Part shown: positions 28,972 through 38,574 of the stretch, piece by piece
How positions within the stretch are numbered: the first letter of the stretch is position 1
Layout: every line of letters starts with the position of its first letter
Origin: an uncultured delta proteobacterium
GTDB lineage: Bacteria; Desulfobacterota; Binatia; Binatales; Binataceae
Length of the DNA: 64,000 nt
Assembly: GCA_963842085.1 (NCBI GenBank)
Contig: CAWJET010000001.1
Coordinates: 3,104,001 to 3,168,000 of the forward strand
Direction of reading: 5' to 3'
Notes under the pieces: model-generated
The model's input: the letters and a program-made list of their open reading frames with translations, nothing else
Told to the model about the DNA's origin: nothing
Database searches by the model: none
Program-made: the position numbers and the translations under genes

Positions 28972-30615
28972 CTAGGCGGCGGCCGGGGCGCGGGCGAGTT
29001 CGAACGCGCCGAGCTCGAGGCCGTCGTTCGAGCGCAGCACGATCTTGGTCGAGAGCCGCTGCTCGAGCGTCTCGAGATCCTTCGCGCCGTGGTCGTAGAG
29101 ATAGCGCGCGACTTCTGGATTGAGCTTGACGATGAGCATATCGCCGGCGGCCTTGGGAACCGCCTCGCGCTGAATCCCGCGCAGCACCTCGGCGGCGAGG
29201 GTCGGCACCGATTTGACGACACGGCGCCCGTCGCATCGCGGACAGGTGTCGGTCAGCAGCTTCTCCAGGCTTTCGCGCGTGCGCTTGCGCGTCATCTGGA
29301 CGAGCCCCAGCTCGGAAATTTTGAGCGCCGAGGTCCGCGCCTTGTCGCGCTTGAGCGCAATCGCCAGCGCGTCGCTGACTTTCTTGCGATCGCTCTCGCG
29401 CGCCATGTCGATGAAATCGACGATGATGATGCCGCCGATGTTGCGCAGCCGCAGTTGGTTTACTACTTCCTCGACTGCTTCGAGGTTGGTCTTGAAGATG
29501 GTGTCGTCCTGGCTGCGCTTGCCGACGAAGCGGCCGGTGTTCACGTCGATTGCGGTCAGCGCTTCAGCTTGATCGAAAACCAGGTAGCCGCCCGACTTGA
29601 GCCACACCTTGCGGTCAAGCGCGCGCTCGATCTGCGGTTCGATGTTGAAACGATCGAACAACGGCTGCGGCCCGTCGTGCAGCGCCACGCGCGCGCGCAG
29701 CCGCGGCATATAGTTCTGTACGAACTGCACGATCCGGCTGTAGGTCGTCGGATCGTCGCACCATAGCCGGTCCACCTCGCTGGAAAAGAGGTCGCGCACG
29801 ATTCGGAGCGCCACGTCGAGGTCGCTGTAAAGGATCGATGCGGGCGGCATGCTCTCTTTCTTGCGCAGGATCGAGCTCCACAGCTTGGTCAGAAAGGCGA
29901 CGTCGCGCTGGATTTCGCGCCGGCTGACGCCCTCGCAAGCGGTCCGCACGATGAAACCGCCTTGCGGCGGCCTGAGTTCTCCCACGTCGGCACGCAGCCG
30001 CGCCCGTTCTTCGGCGCTCGCGATTCGCCGCGACACTCCGATGTGATTGCTGGTTGGCGTGTAGACGAGATGGCGCCCCGGCAGCGAAATCGACGACGTC
30101 AGCCGCGCGCCCTTGGTGCCCATCGGCTCCTTCGCGATCTGAACGATGATGTCCTGGCCGCGACGCAACTGCTGCTCGATGGGGAGCCGCGAGCGATTCG
30201 GCGCCTGGTTGCGCCGCCCTCGGCCGCGACGCCGCCCGCGCGACGGCCGTGGCGCACTTCCGTCGCCGTTGCCGCCGGCTTCGTCAGCGACGCTCGTCTC
30301 CGCATCGCCAAACTCGTTGTCGACGATCGGCTCGGTCTCGACATCTTCTTCGCCGAGCACTTCCGCCACCGTGTTGAGCGCGGAGACTCCGTCGTGAAAA
30401 TCGGAGACATGCAGGAAGCCCGCTTTCGCGAGGCCAATATCGACGAACGCCGCCTGCATCCCGGGAAGCACGCGCGTGACCTTGCCCTTATAGATGTTGC
30501 CCGCCAACCCAACCTGGCGATTGCGCTCGAGGTAGAACTCGGCAAGGTTGCTGTCTTCAAGCAGCGCGACTCGCACCTCCAGTGCGGACGCGTTAATGGC
30601 GATTTCTCGTTTCAC
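28972..30615 (-). CDS. rng: Rne/Rng family ribonuclease (RNase G-like)
   Basis: GNIYKGKV...QAAFVDIG S1 domain, IDVNTG, IIVDFIDM, CPRC; GTG start MKREIAIN. Confidence 0.93.
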   Translation of the reverse strand: MKREIAINASALEVRVALLEDSNLAEFYLERNRQVGLAGNIYKGKVTRVLPGMQAAFVDIGLAKAGFLHVSDFHDGVSALNTVAEVLGEEDVETEPIVDNEFGDAETSVADEAGGNGDGSAPRPSRGRRRGRGRRNQAPNRSRLPIEQQLRRGQDIIVQIAKEPMGTKGARLTSSISLPGRHLVYTPTSNHIGVSRRIASAEERARLRADVGELRPPQGGFIVRTACEGVSRREIQRDVAFLTKLWSSILRKKESMPPASILYSDLDVALRIVRDLFSSEVDRLWCDDPTTYSRIVQFVQNYMPRLRARVALHDGPQPLFDRFNIEPQIERALDRKVWLKSGGYLVFDQAEALTAIDVNTGRFVGKRSQDDTIFKTNLEAVEEVVNQLRLRNIGGIIIVDFIDMARESDRKKVSDALAIALKRDKARTSALKISELGLVQMTRKRTRESLEKLLTDTCPRCDGRRVVKSVPTLAAEVLRGIQREAVPKAAGDMLIVKLNPEVARYLYDHGAKDLETLEQRLSTKIVLRSNDGLELGAFELARAPAAA

Positions 30616-30873
30616 CGATGGACTCTCTATTCCGGCAAATTCGACATGATTGCGAGTGGAAGGGCGAAGCGCCGGGAATCGTTGCGCGGGCGTCGCGAGC
30701 AATCAGAAAAACACCCGCATCCGCTGGTACATCGTTTTACCCTGTGCCTCGACAACTTGGACAGGATCATACGAGGCACGCCCGAGCTCCGCAAGCAAGC
30801 TTTGATTAGCGCATCAATAACGGGCTTTTAATCCAAGCTATCTTGACATGGTATCTGGGGGCCGATACTCGTC

Positions 30874-31527
30874 ATGTGGATGTCTGTTGCGGCCGAAATG
30901 GTTGCGCCGAGTCTTCCGGGAGCAGGCCTGCTCAACAGCAAGGTCCTGGTTCTCAATCGCTCATACCTCCCGGTTCACGTTACGTCGGTAAAACGCGCGT
31001 TTGCCCTGCTTTATCAGGGCGTTGCGAAGGCCGTCGATGAGCAGTATCACACCTTCGACTTCGACAGCTGGCGCGACTTGTCGATTGAGGTGCAGCATGA
31101 GCGCCTCGGAATCGTAAACGGCTTCATCCGCGTGCCGCGGGTCCTGCTCTTGACGGCGTACGAGCGCGTGCCCAAGCGCCACGTGCGATTCTCGCGCTTC
31201 AACATCTTCGCCCGCGACGGCAACACCTGCCAGTATTGCCACAAGAAATTGCCGCGCACCGAGCTCAACCTCGACCACGTCATTCCGCGCTCGCGCGGCG
31301 GGATGTCCACGTGGGAGAACATCGTATGCTCGTGCCATCACTGCAATCGGCGCAAGGGTGGCCGCACGCCCGACGAAGCCGGGATGCATCTGTTCCGCAG
31401 GCCGCGACGCCCCGAATGGACGCCGTTTTCGTCCGAGATGTTTAGCCTGCGGCGATACCGCGAATGGATGCCGTACCTGTCGCAGGTCGACAGCGCTTAC
31501 TGGAATACGGAGCTCATCCAGGATTAG
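30874..31527 (+). CDS. HNH endonuclease family protein
   Basis: VLVLNRSY, RDGNTCQYC, LDHVIPRSRGG, WENIVCSCHHCN. Confidence 0.92.
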   Translation: MWMSVAAEMVAPSLPGAGLLNSKVLVLNRSYLPVHVTSVKRAFALLYQGVAKAVDEQYHTFDFDSWRDLSIEVQHERLGIVNGFIRVPRVLLLTAYERVPKRHVRFSRFNIFARDGNTCQYCHKKLPRTELNLDHVIPRSRGGMSTWENIVCSCHHCNRRKGGRTPDEAGMHLFRRPRRPEWTPFSSEMFSLRRYREWMPYLSQVDSAYWNTELIQD

Positions 31528-31568
31528 CCTTTTAGCTGTTTGTAATTCGGCCGTCCCCAAGCCGAGAT

Positions 31569-31616
31569 CCACAACTTGATGGGGCTACCCTTTCTGCGGC
31601 ACACGATATGTTGGGG
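31569..31616. promoter_or_regulatory. Tandem NrdR-box-like sites upstream of smc
   Basis: ccacaacttgatgggg (31569) and acacgatatgttgggg (31601), 32 bp apart, compared with consensus acaCwAtATaTwGtgt. Confidence 0.55.
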
Positions 31617-31688
31617 TGCTCTTGACCCTCTGAGGGTACTTTAGTGTAAGCTTCTGGGCTGTGGTGGTGCGGTGGAGGCGGAGACAGC

Positions 31689-34600
31689 ATGCGTCTTAAA
31701 AGCCTTGAATTACTTGGCTTCAAGTCCTTTCTCGATTCGACGACGATAAGTTTCGCGCCGGGGATGACCGCGGTGGTCGGTCCCAATGGATGCGGCAAGT
31801 CGAACGTCGTTGACGCGATCCGATGGGTGCTCGGCGAGCAGGCGCCGACGCGGCTTCGCGGCAAGAGCATCGAGGATCTCATCTACGCGGGCAACGAGTC
31901 GAATCCCGCGGCCGGGATGGCCGAGGTCTCGCTCGTGCTCGAGGCGGAAGAAGGCAGCCAGCTTCCAGAGCCGTACTCGGCGTTGAGCGAGGTCGCGGTG
32001 ACGCGGCGGGCCTATCGCTCGGGCGAGTCGGAATACCTGCTCAACAAGATTCCATGCCGGCTGAAGGACATCACCGAGTTCTTCATGGCGGCGCAGATTC
32101 ACAGCCGCGGCTACTCGCTGGTCGAGCAGGGCCGTATCGAGGAAATTATCCAGGCCAAGCCGCACGAGTTGCGCACGCTGGTCGAAGAAGCGGCCGGCCT
32201 GTCGCTGTTCAAGGGCCGTCGCGAGATGAGCGAGCGCAAGCTCGAGCGCGTCAAAGAAAATCTCGCGCGCGTCGACGACGTGCTGAGCGAAATCGAGCGG
32301 CAGTTAAGCTTCGCGCGCCGGCAGGCCAGGAAAGCCGAGACCTACAAGGTCGTCAAGGCGGAACTGGGCGAGCTGGAACGCTACGCGGCGGCACGGCGGC
32401 TGCTCGATCAGCGCGAAGAGCTCGCTGTCCAGACCGGCCGCGACGCGGAGTTGAAGCGCGCGCTCGACGGCGCGCGCGCGGGCGCCGCTGCGATTCGCGA
32501 GCAGGTCGAGGCGGCAGCATCGGCCGCGCAGTCGGCGCGGTCGGAGCTGGGCGGCGCTCAACGCGAACTCGAGAATCTTCATTCCGGCGCGAATGAACGC
32601 GCGCGTGCGCGAGGATTCTTGCAGCGGCGGCTCGACGCCACCGCGCAGCTCGAAGTCGAGCTGGGCGCACGGCTGGTCGAGCTGGAAGCGAAGGCGACGC
32701 TCGCCCGCGCGAATCGTGCCGAGGCGGGCGCGACCCTCGCGCGCGAACTCGCGGCGGGCGGTGGCGACGCCGACGCGGCGCTCAAGGAAATCTCGCTCAA
32801 GCACGACACCGCCAACAACGAACTCAAGCTGGCCGAGCGCCGCGGCGAAGAATACAAGGACGACCTGTCCGACGTCGTGCGCGAGGCCGCGGTGATTCGC
32901 GGCCGGCTCGGCGATCTGGCCGGCGAGCGCGCGGAACTCGAAAAGCGGCTCGAAGCAACGACGCTGGAGACGCCGACGGTCGCGGCCGCGCTCGAATCTG
33001 CACGCGAATCGATGCGCGACGCGGAAGCCGACCTGGAAGCGTCGCGCGCGGCGGCGGCAGAACTTGAAGGCAGGCGGCGCGAGGCAGCCGAGCGCGAGAT
33101 CGAGGCGCGCACCGCGCTCGACCATCTGACGGCGCGCGTCAATTCACTGCGCGGTGTGCTAAGCGCGCGCGGCGAACTTCAATCCGATCATTCGGCCAAC
33201 GGCGTCGATCTGAGACTTCGCACGATCCTCGAATCGCTCAACGGCGATCGTCCCGCCACCGATCCTTCGATCCTCAAGCAGGTCGTGCGCGCGCCGCTAG
33301 GGCTGGAGCCGGCTCTCAAAGCGGTGCTCGGCGACCAGATGGACGCGGTGATAGTCGAGTCGCCGCAGTTCGCTTTGCGCGCAATCGAGATCCTCAAAGA
33401 GAATCGCGCGGGCCGGATGGACTTTGTGCAGGAACCCGACGCCGCAATCGCGGCGCATCCGGCGATCGACGCGCCCGGCATCGCGGGACGGCTGGTCGAG
33501 ATGCTCGAAATCGAGCAGCGTTTCTCGCCGGTCGCCGAAGCGATGCTCGGTCACGTGATGCTGGCCGACGACCTGCATTCCGCGCTGGCGGCGTCGAACC
33601 TCAACGGTCACGGGACCGTTTTTGTAACGCGCGATGGCGACCTGGTGATGCCGGGCCGGATGATCAGCGGCGGCAGCGCCGAAGACAGTCACGCCGCCAT
33701 TGACGTCGCCGCAATCGAAGCAGAGACGCGCGAACTGGCGCGCGCGGAAGAAGAGCATCGCACGCGAGTCGGCCAATTCGCCGCGGTTCGCGCCGAGCGC
33801 GAGCGCGCCGACGCTGAGCTCGAGCAAGGCCGGAGCAAAGCGCGCGAGGCGGAGCGAGTCGCAATCGAGCGTCGCGGCGCGCTGGCCCGCGCCGAACAAG
33901 CGGTCGCGCTCGCGGAAGCGCACGGCGGTAATTCGCGCCGCCGGCTGAGCGAGCTGGCGGAACTGGTGATCACTTCGAACGCGCGCCTCGAGGAGCTCGC
34001 GAAAATCGAGCAGGAGGCGCGTGCGCGCTTAAGCGTGATGGCCGGCGAGATCGCATCGCTACGAGCGGCGGCGGAAGAGATCGGCGCCGTAATGCTGGAG
34101 GTCGCCTCCAAAGTCGAGGCGCGCAAGTCGCGGCTCGATGCGCTCGAAAGAGAACTGGCGCATGCGCGGCGCGAAGCGGACTCGTTCGAATCCCAGTTCG
34201 AAGAGAATCGCGCAAACCTGGAACGCGCGCATGCCGAACGCGCAGAGTTCGAGCGCGAACTCGAGACTCTTTCGGCGCAGGACGTAGCAGCGCGCGCTCG
34301 CGAGACCGAACTCGAAGCGGAACTCTCTCGTATGCGAGCGCAATGCGACGCGTCGGAGCATGAACTGGAAGCGCGCCGCGTCGATTACAAGAACGCGCAA
34401 GAGGCGCTGACGGCTCTGGAAGCCGAAGCCACCGACTGCGGCCTCAAGCGCGAACGCGCTCGCGCGCTCAGCGAGGAATTGGCGCGCGCGTTTATCGAAA
34501 AATTCGGCGCCGAGTTCGACGCGATGGCGGCGGAGATAATTCCCGCGCTCGACGGCAGAGTTGCGGCGGATGATGATGCGCGAATTGTCGAATTGCGCGC

Positions 34601-35216
34601 CAAGATGGAGCGAATCGGCGAGGTGAACCTGGCGGCCGACAGCGAAGTCAAGGAGCTCGAGGAACGCGCGGGAGTGCTCGGCACCGAACGCGCCGATTTG
34701 CAGAGTGCGCTCGACGACCTGACCCGGACGATCACGCACCTGAATCGCGAGGCGCGCAAACGCTTCGCCGAGACGTTCGAGGGCGCGGCGAAAAACTTTG
34801 CCGAGCTGTTCCCAAAGCTCTTGCGCGGCGGCAAGGGACGGCTTGAGCTGACCGACGCCGGCGACGTGCTCGAGGCGGGCGTCAACGTGCTCGTGCAGCC
34901 GCCCGGCAAGAAGGTCAAGGAAATAGGGCTGCTCTCAGGCGGCGAGAAGGCGCTGTCCGCGATGGCGCTGATTTTCTCGCTGTTCCTGCTCAACCCCAGC
35001 CCGTTCTGCGTGATGGACGAAGTTGACGCGCCGCTCGACGAGTTCAGCCTCGCCGCGTTCACGACGCTGATGGAGGAGCTGAAGCTGCGCTCGCAGTTCA
35101 TCGTGATCACTCACAACCAGCGCACGATGCAGCGCGCCGATCAAATCCACGGCGTGACAATGGATCGCCCAGGCGTGTCGCGAATCATCTCGCTGCGAAT
35201 CCCGCAAGCCGCGTAA
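31689..35216 (+). CDS. smc: Chromosome segregation protein SMC
   Basis: GFKSF, GPNGCGKSN, long coiled coils with hinge, LSGGEK, DEVDAPLD. Confidence 0.97.
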   Translation: MRLKSLELLGFKSFLDSTTISFAPGMTAVVGPNGCGKSNVVDAIRWVLGEQAPTRLRGKSIEDLIYAGNESNPAAGMAEVSLVLEAEEGSQLPEPYSALSEVAVTRRAYRSGESEYLLNKIPCRLKDITEFFMAAQIHSRGYSLVEQGRIEEIIQAKPHELRTLVEEAAGLSLFKGRREMSERKLERVKENLARVDDVLSEIERQLSFARRQARKAETYKVVKAELGELERYAAARRLLDQREELAVQTGRDAELKRALDGARAGAAAIREQVEAAASAAQSARSELGGAQRELENLHSGANERARARGFLQRRLDATAQLEVELGARLVELEAKATLARANRAEAGATLARELAAGGGDADAALKEISLKHDTANNELKLAERRGEEYKDDLSDVVREAAVIRGRLGDLAGERAELEKRLEATTLETPTVAAALESARESMRDAEADLEASRAAAAELEGRRREAAEREIEARTALDHLTARVNSLRGVLSARGELQSDHSANGVDLRLRTILESLNGDRPATDPSILKQVVRAPLGLEPALKAVLGDQMDAVIVESPQFALRAIEILKENRAGRMDFVQEPDAAIAAHPAIDAPGIAGRLVEMLEIEQRFSPVAEAMLGHVMLADDLHSALAASNLNGHGTVFVTRDGDLVMPGRMISGGSAEDSHAAIDVAAIEAETRELARAEEEHRTRVGQFAAVRAERERADAELEQGRSKAREAERVAIERRGALARAEQAVALAEAHGGNSRRRLSELAELVITSNARLEELAKIEQEARARLSVMAGEIASLRAAAEEIGAVMLEVASKVEARKSRLDALERELAHARREADSFESQFEENRANLERAHAERAEFERELETLSAQDVAARARETELEAELSRMRAQCDASEHELEARRVDYKNAQEALTALEAEATDCGLKRERARALSEELARAFIEKFGAEFDAMAAEIIPALDGRVAADDDARIVELRAKMERIGEVNLAADSEVKELEERAGVLGTERADLQSALDDLTRTITHLNREARKRFAETFEGAAKNFAELFPKLLRGGKGRLELTDAGDVLEAGVNVLVQPPGKKVKEIGLLSGGEKALSAMALIFSLFLLNPSPFCVMDEVDAPLDEFSLAAFTTLMEELKLRSQFIVITHNQRTMQRADQIHGVTMDRPGVSRIISLRIPQAA

Positions 35217-35231
35217 GAAAAGACAGAAATG

Positions 35232-35270
35232 AAGCGGCGCGGCGATCGTACGATCGCTGCGCCGCTTTTT
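35232..35270 (+). terminator. Intrinsic terminator after smc (possibly bidirectional)
   Basis: aagcggcgcggcgatcg-ta-cgatcgctgcgccgctt followed by a T run. Confidence 0.8.
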
Positions 35271-35287
35271 GGCGGTCAAAATCGCGA

Positions 35288-36136
35288 CTAGATCAAGCTG
35301 TAGCCGCTGCCTTTGCGATCGAATCCGATGCCGACGCTGTTCACCTTGTGCCCGTACTGCTTCAGCAACGGCTGGCTGTAGGTCACCAGTCCCGTCACTT
35401 TGTCGATTGGTTCCGTTGCTAGAATCAGCGCCGACTCAGCCATCCATTCCGGCGGCTCGCCGCTCGGGTCGTCTTTGCCTCTGACCAGATGATGATGCAC
35501 CGTGCCCGGCGTGACGACGACCTGGGACGGCGATACGCACGTCACCGAGATTCCATAGTCGTAAACTTCCTCGGCGAGTCCTTGCGTGAAGCGCTCGAGC
35601 GCAGCCTTCTCGGCCCCATAGCATACGCCGCCGCGGAATACCGTCGCGTTCTTGTACGGTCCGCGGCCGGGCCCGATCGCGGCGCCCGACGAAATGTTGA
35701 CGATCGATCCCGACTTGCGCGGGATCATGTCCTTGAGCACCAGGTGCGCCAGCATGAACGGGCCGTGAACGTTGACGGCGAACGAGCGCATCCATCGCTT
35801 GGGCGGGAAATCCTTGACCTGGATGAAGTAGGTCAGCGCCGCGTTGTTCACCAGCACGTCAACCGGTCCGTAGAGCTTGTGCGTTTCCGCCACGAGTTTT
35901 TCGCAGTCGGCTTCCGACGAGACGTCGCAGGTGACGGCCGAGGCTTCGCCGCCCGCCTTCCTGATGCCGGCGACGGTGGTCTCGAGCGAGCCTTCCAGCG
36001 GATGCTCGCCCTCTTTGAGCGTGCGCGCGGAGCACACGACCTTCGCGCCTTCTTTGGCGAACAGTTCCGCGATTGCCTTGCCGATGCCGCGGCTGGCACC
36101 GGTTACGATTGCGACTTTGCCTCTGAGCTTGGCCAT
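35288..36136 (-). CDS. SDR family oxidoreductase
   Basis: TGASRGIG, NNAA, YGAEK. Confidence 0.92.
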   Translation of the reverse strand: MAKLRGKVAIVTGASRGIGKAIAELFAKEGAKVVCSARTLKEGEHPLEGSLETTVAGIRKAGGEASAVTCDVSSEADCEKLVAETHKLYGPVDVLVNNAALTYFIQVKDFPPKRWMRSFAVNVHGPFMLAHLVLKDMIPRKSGSIVNISSGAAIGPGRGPYKNATVFRGGVCYGAEKAALERFTQGLAEEVYDYGISVTCVSPSQVVVTPGTVHHHLVRGKDDPSGEPPEWMAESALILATEPIDKVTGLVTYSQPLLKQYGHKVNSVGIGFDRKGSGYSLI

Positions 36137-36247
36137 CTAGAGATCTCCCTTCGTCCCGGGTCCGCGTGAATTTGCGCTCCCGTCGCGGCCCGACACTTCT
36201 TATAGCGAGAACGATGCGGATTCGGAAAGCAGAGCTTCGCCTCTGTC

Positions 36248-36410
36248 GTCATTCTGAGCCGCCGCCGCGAAGAATCTCGACGGACGTTCCTGCGTCCGGC
36301 GTTGAAAAGGAGGCGCTTACGCGCATCGCAGAACCGGAACCGGCTTCGCATGGCGCGAAGCTGTCCGAGATCCTTCCTGCCGCTCGCGTTGCTCGCTTGG
36401 TCAGGATGAC
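36248..36410. repeat. Inverted pair of REP-like elements (REPIN-like)
   Basis: gtcattctgagcc...gaagaatctc (+, 36248-36278) facing a long copy on the minus strand (36312-36410) that is nearly identical to 41443-41540. Confidence 0.85.
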
Positions 36411-36539
36411 GGATGCAGCATTGCGGCTTTAAGGGGCAGAATGACGGCAAGGGTGTGCGCGCTGGTTTCGGAGCGGGACCGCGACTGTTATTCTTGGCAT
36501 CGAAGTTTTTTCAGGATTGTTTTCCGGACGACGAAGCCC

Positions 36540-37730
36540 GTGACTCCTTTCGACATCGCATCCATTCTGATTATTGCGGCCGGCGGCGCCGCGGGCCTGG
36601 TTTTCATTGGAATCCTGATTCAGTGGAGCCTGCGCAAGGCGCGCCCGTCGCGTCCGCCGCAAGTTGAAGCCGCGCCTGAAGTCGAGTTGGCGCTGCCTGA
36701 AGAGGTCATCGCCGAGCCGACGCCCAAAATCGCCGAGCCTCCAGCGCCCGAGCCTGAGCAACTCGTAGCGCCGCCTCAGCCCGTTCGCGAACCCGTTAGA
36801 ATCGGTTTGGGGCTGCGCAAGACGCGCGAAAACTTCCTCGCGCGCATCAGGGCGGCACTGACCGGCAGCGCAAAGATCGACGACATATACGAGGGCCTCG
36901 AGGAAGCGCTGATCGCGGCCGACGTTGGCGTCGAGGCGAGCATGAAGATTACCTCCGCAGTGCGCGCCAAGTTGGGCAACGACAACCGCCCCGACGCTAT
37001 CCGCGATGCGCTCAAGGCCGAAATCGCGACTATAATGATGTCCGCTAATCGCCAGCCCGCCGACTCGGGCGATGTGCCGCTGGTGATCATGCTGGTCGGC
37101 GTCAACGGCGTCGGCAAAACGACGACGGTCGCGAAGCTCGCGGCGCGGCTCAAGGCCGAGCGCGGCAGCGTGATCGTAGCGGCGGCGGACACGTTTCGCG
37201 CCGCTGCAATCGAGCAGCTCGAGGTATGGTGCGAGCGCGCCGGCGCCGACATCATCAAGCAATCGCAAGGCTCGGATCCCGCGGCGGTGGCCTTCGACGC
37301 GGTCAAGGCGGCGGTTGCGCGCAAGACGCGCACGGTGCTGATCGACACGGCCGGGCGCCTGCAAACCAAGGTCAACCTGATGGAGGAACTCAAGAAGATT
37401 GCCCGCGTGGTCGCGCGCGAGTTGCCCGGCGCGCCGCACGAGACGTGGCTCGTGCTCGACGCCAACACGGGTCAGAATGCGCTCAGCCAGGCGTCGATTT
37501 TTGGCGACGCGGTGCCGCTGACAGGAGTGGTGCTGGCCAAGCTCGACAGCACGGCGAAGGGCGGAGTGGTGGTTGCAGTGGCGGAGCGGCTCAAGATTCC
37601 GGTGCGATTCGTCGGCGTGGGCGAGGCGCTCGAGGATTTGCGCGAGTTCGACGCGCGCGAGTTTGTCGATGCGCTGTTTGCAACTGACGACGGAGGGGAG
37701 CAGAGTGCGAGCGGTTCTTATGCAGCTTGA
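36540..37730 (+). CDS. ftsY: Signal recognition particle receptor FtsY
   Basis: GVNGVGKTTT, DTFRAAA, DTAGR, AKLDSTAKGG; N-terminal TM segment. Confidence 0.97.
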   Translation: MTPFDIASILIIAAGGAAGLVFIGILIQWSLRKARPSRPPQVEAAPEVELALPEEVIAEPTPKIAEPPAPEPEQLVAPPQPVREPVRIGLGLRKTRENFLARIRAALTGSAKIDDIYEGLEEALIAADVGVEASMKITSAVRAKLGNDNRPDAIRDALKAEIATIMMSANRQPADSGDVPLVIMLVGVNGVGKTTTVAKLAARLKAERGSVIVAAADTFRAAAIEQLEVWCERAGADIIKQSQGSDPAAVAFDAVKAAVARKTRTVLIDTAGRLQTKVNLMEELKKIARVVARELPGAPHETWLVLDANTGQNALSQASIFGDAVPLTGVVLAKLDSTAKGGVVVAVAERLKIPVRFVGVGEALEDLREFDAREFVDALFATDDGGEQSASGSYAA

Positions 37731-37756
37731 CAGCGCAGTTTATAGAAAATTAAACT
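37727..37756 (+). promoter_or_regulatory. Putative sigma70 promoter for zapB-zapA
   Basis: TTGACA-N18-TAAACT. Confidence 0.55.
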
Positions 37757-37776
37757 AAAGGTAGAAGATTTTTTTC

Positions 37777-38025
37777 ATGGCGACAGATGTCTTAAAGCAA
37801 TTAGACGAGCGAATTCAGGCTTCGGTGGCGCGTATCCAGCAATTGCGCAAGGAAAATGAGCAACTCGCTCAGAAACTCGCGGAAATGGAAAAACGCTACG
37901 CCGACGCGGCCGGCCAGGTGAAGCAGTTGAGCGCCGAGCGTCAGCAGCATGAAAACGAGCGCAATGACGTGAGAAACCGGATCGAAAAAATTCTCACCCG
38001 CTTCGACGGGATCGATCTTGGCTAG
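37777..38025 (+). CDS. zapB: Cell division protein ZapB-like coiled coil
   Basis: 82-aa coiled coil (LDERIQ...VRNRIEKIL) directly before zapA. Confidence 0.75.
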   Translation: MATDVLKQLDERIQASVARIQQLRKENEQLAQKLAEMEKRYADAAGQVKQLSAERQQHENERNDVRNRIEKILTRFDGIDLG

Positions 38026-38301
38026 ATGATGAAGGGCGTCAGCGTCCAGATCATGGGACAAAGCCTGACCGTCGCCAGCGACGCGGGCGACGACTGGGTC
38101 AGGTCCCTGGCCGAGACGGTGGACGAAAAGATCAGGGATATCCGCGCCGGGAGCCAGACGATCAATTCAGTGAACCTGGCAATCCTGGCTGCGTTAAATT
38201 TCGCCGAGGAGCTCGAACACCTGCGCCGGGAGCATCAGGAGCTGGTGGATCGGATCGCGGCGATGAATAAACGGCTGTCCGCGGCTATCGACGGCGATTG
38301 A
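38026..38301 (+). CDS. zapA: Cell division protein ZapA
   Basis: VQIMGQ...VDEKI...AILAALNFAEEL. Confidence 0.92.
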   Translation: MMKGVSVQIMGQSLTVASDAGDDWVRSLAETVDEKIRDIRAGSQTINSVNLAILAALNFAEELEHLRREHQELVDRIAAMNKRLSAAIDGD

Positions 38302-38314
38302 CGATGAGAGTGAA

Positions 38315-38535
38315 TCGTCGCGACGGCGCGCGGCATCCGAGAGGTAAGCAGTTTCGGACGGGAGCGGGAATTGGAATTGTGGATCTCGAGAGCAGCCTAA
38401 ACGCGGTGCTTACAAGCATGAGGCCCGTGCAAAATTTTTCAACCGCAACGAAGGCTTCCGCGACGGGACGTTTCGCGGATACAGGCCGGCTGTCAGCCGG
38501 TTCGAGAATTACAACGACATGCGCGCGTGACGGCA
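38315..38535 (+). ncRNA. ssrS: Probable 6S RNA (boundaries approximate)
   Basis: Lies in the ~270-bp gap at the conserved zapA-ssrS-ygfA position; complementary termini (gtcgcg..gcgcgc / gcgcgc..cgtgac); agcctaaa and ggttcgag motifs. Confidence 0.5.
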
Positions 38536-38574
38536 GCGAAAGCGCGCAATCGAGCAGTTAAACCCGCTCCCGCC

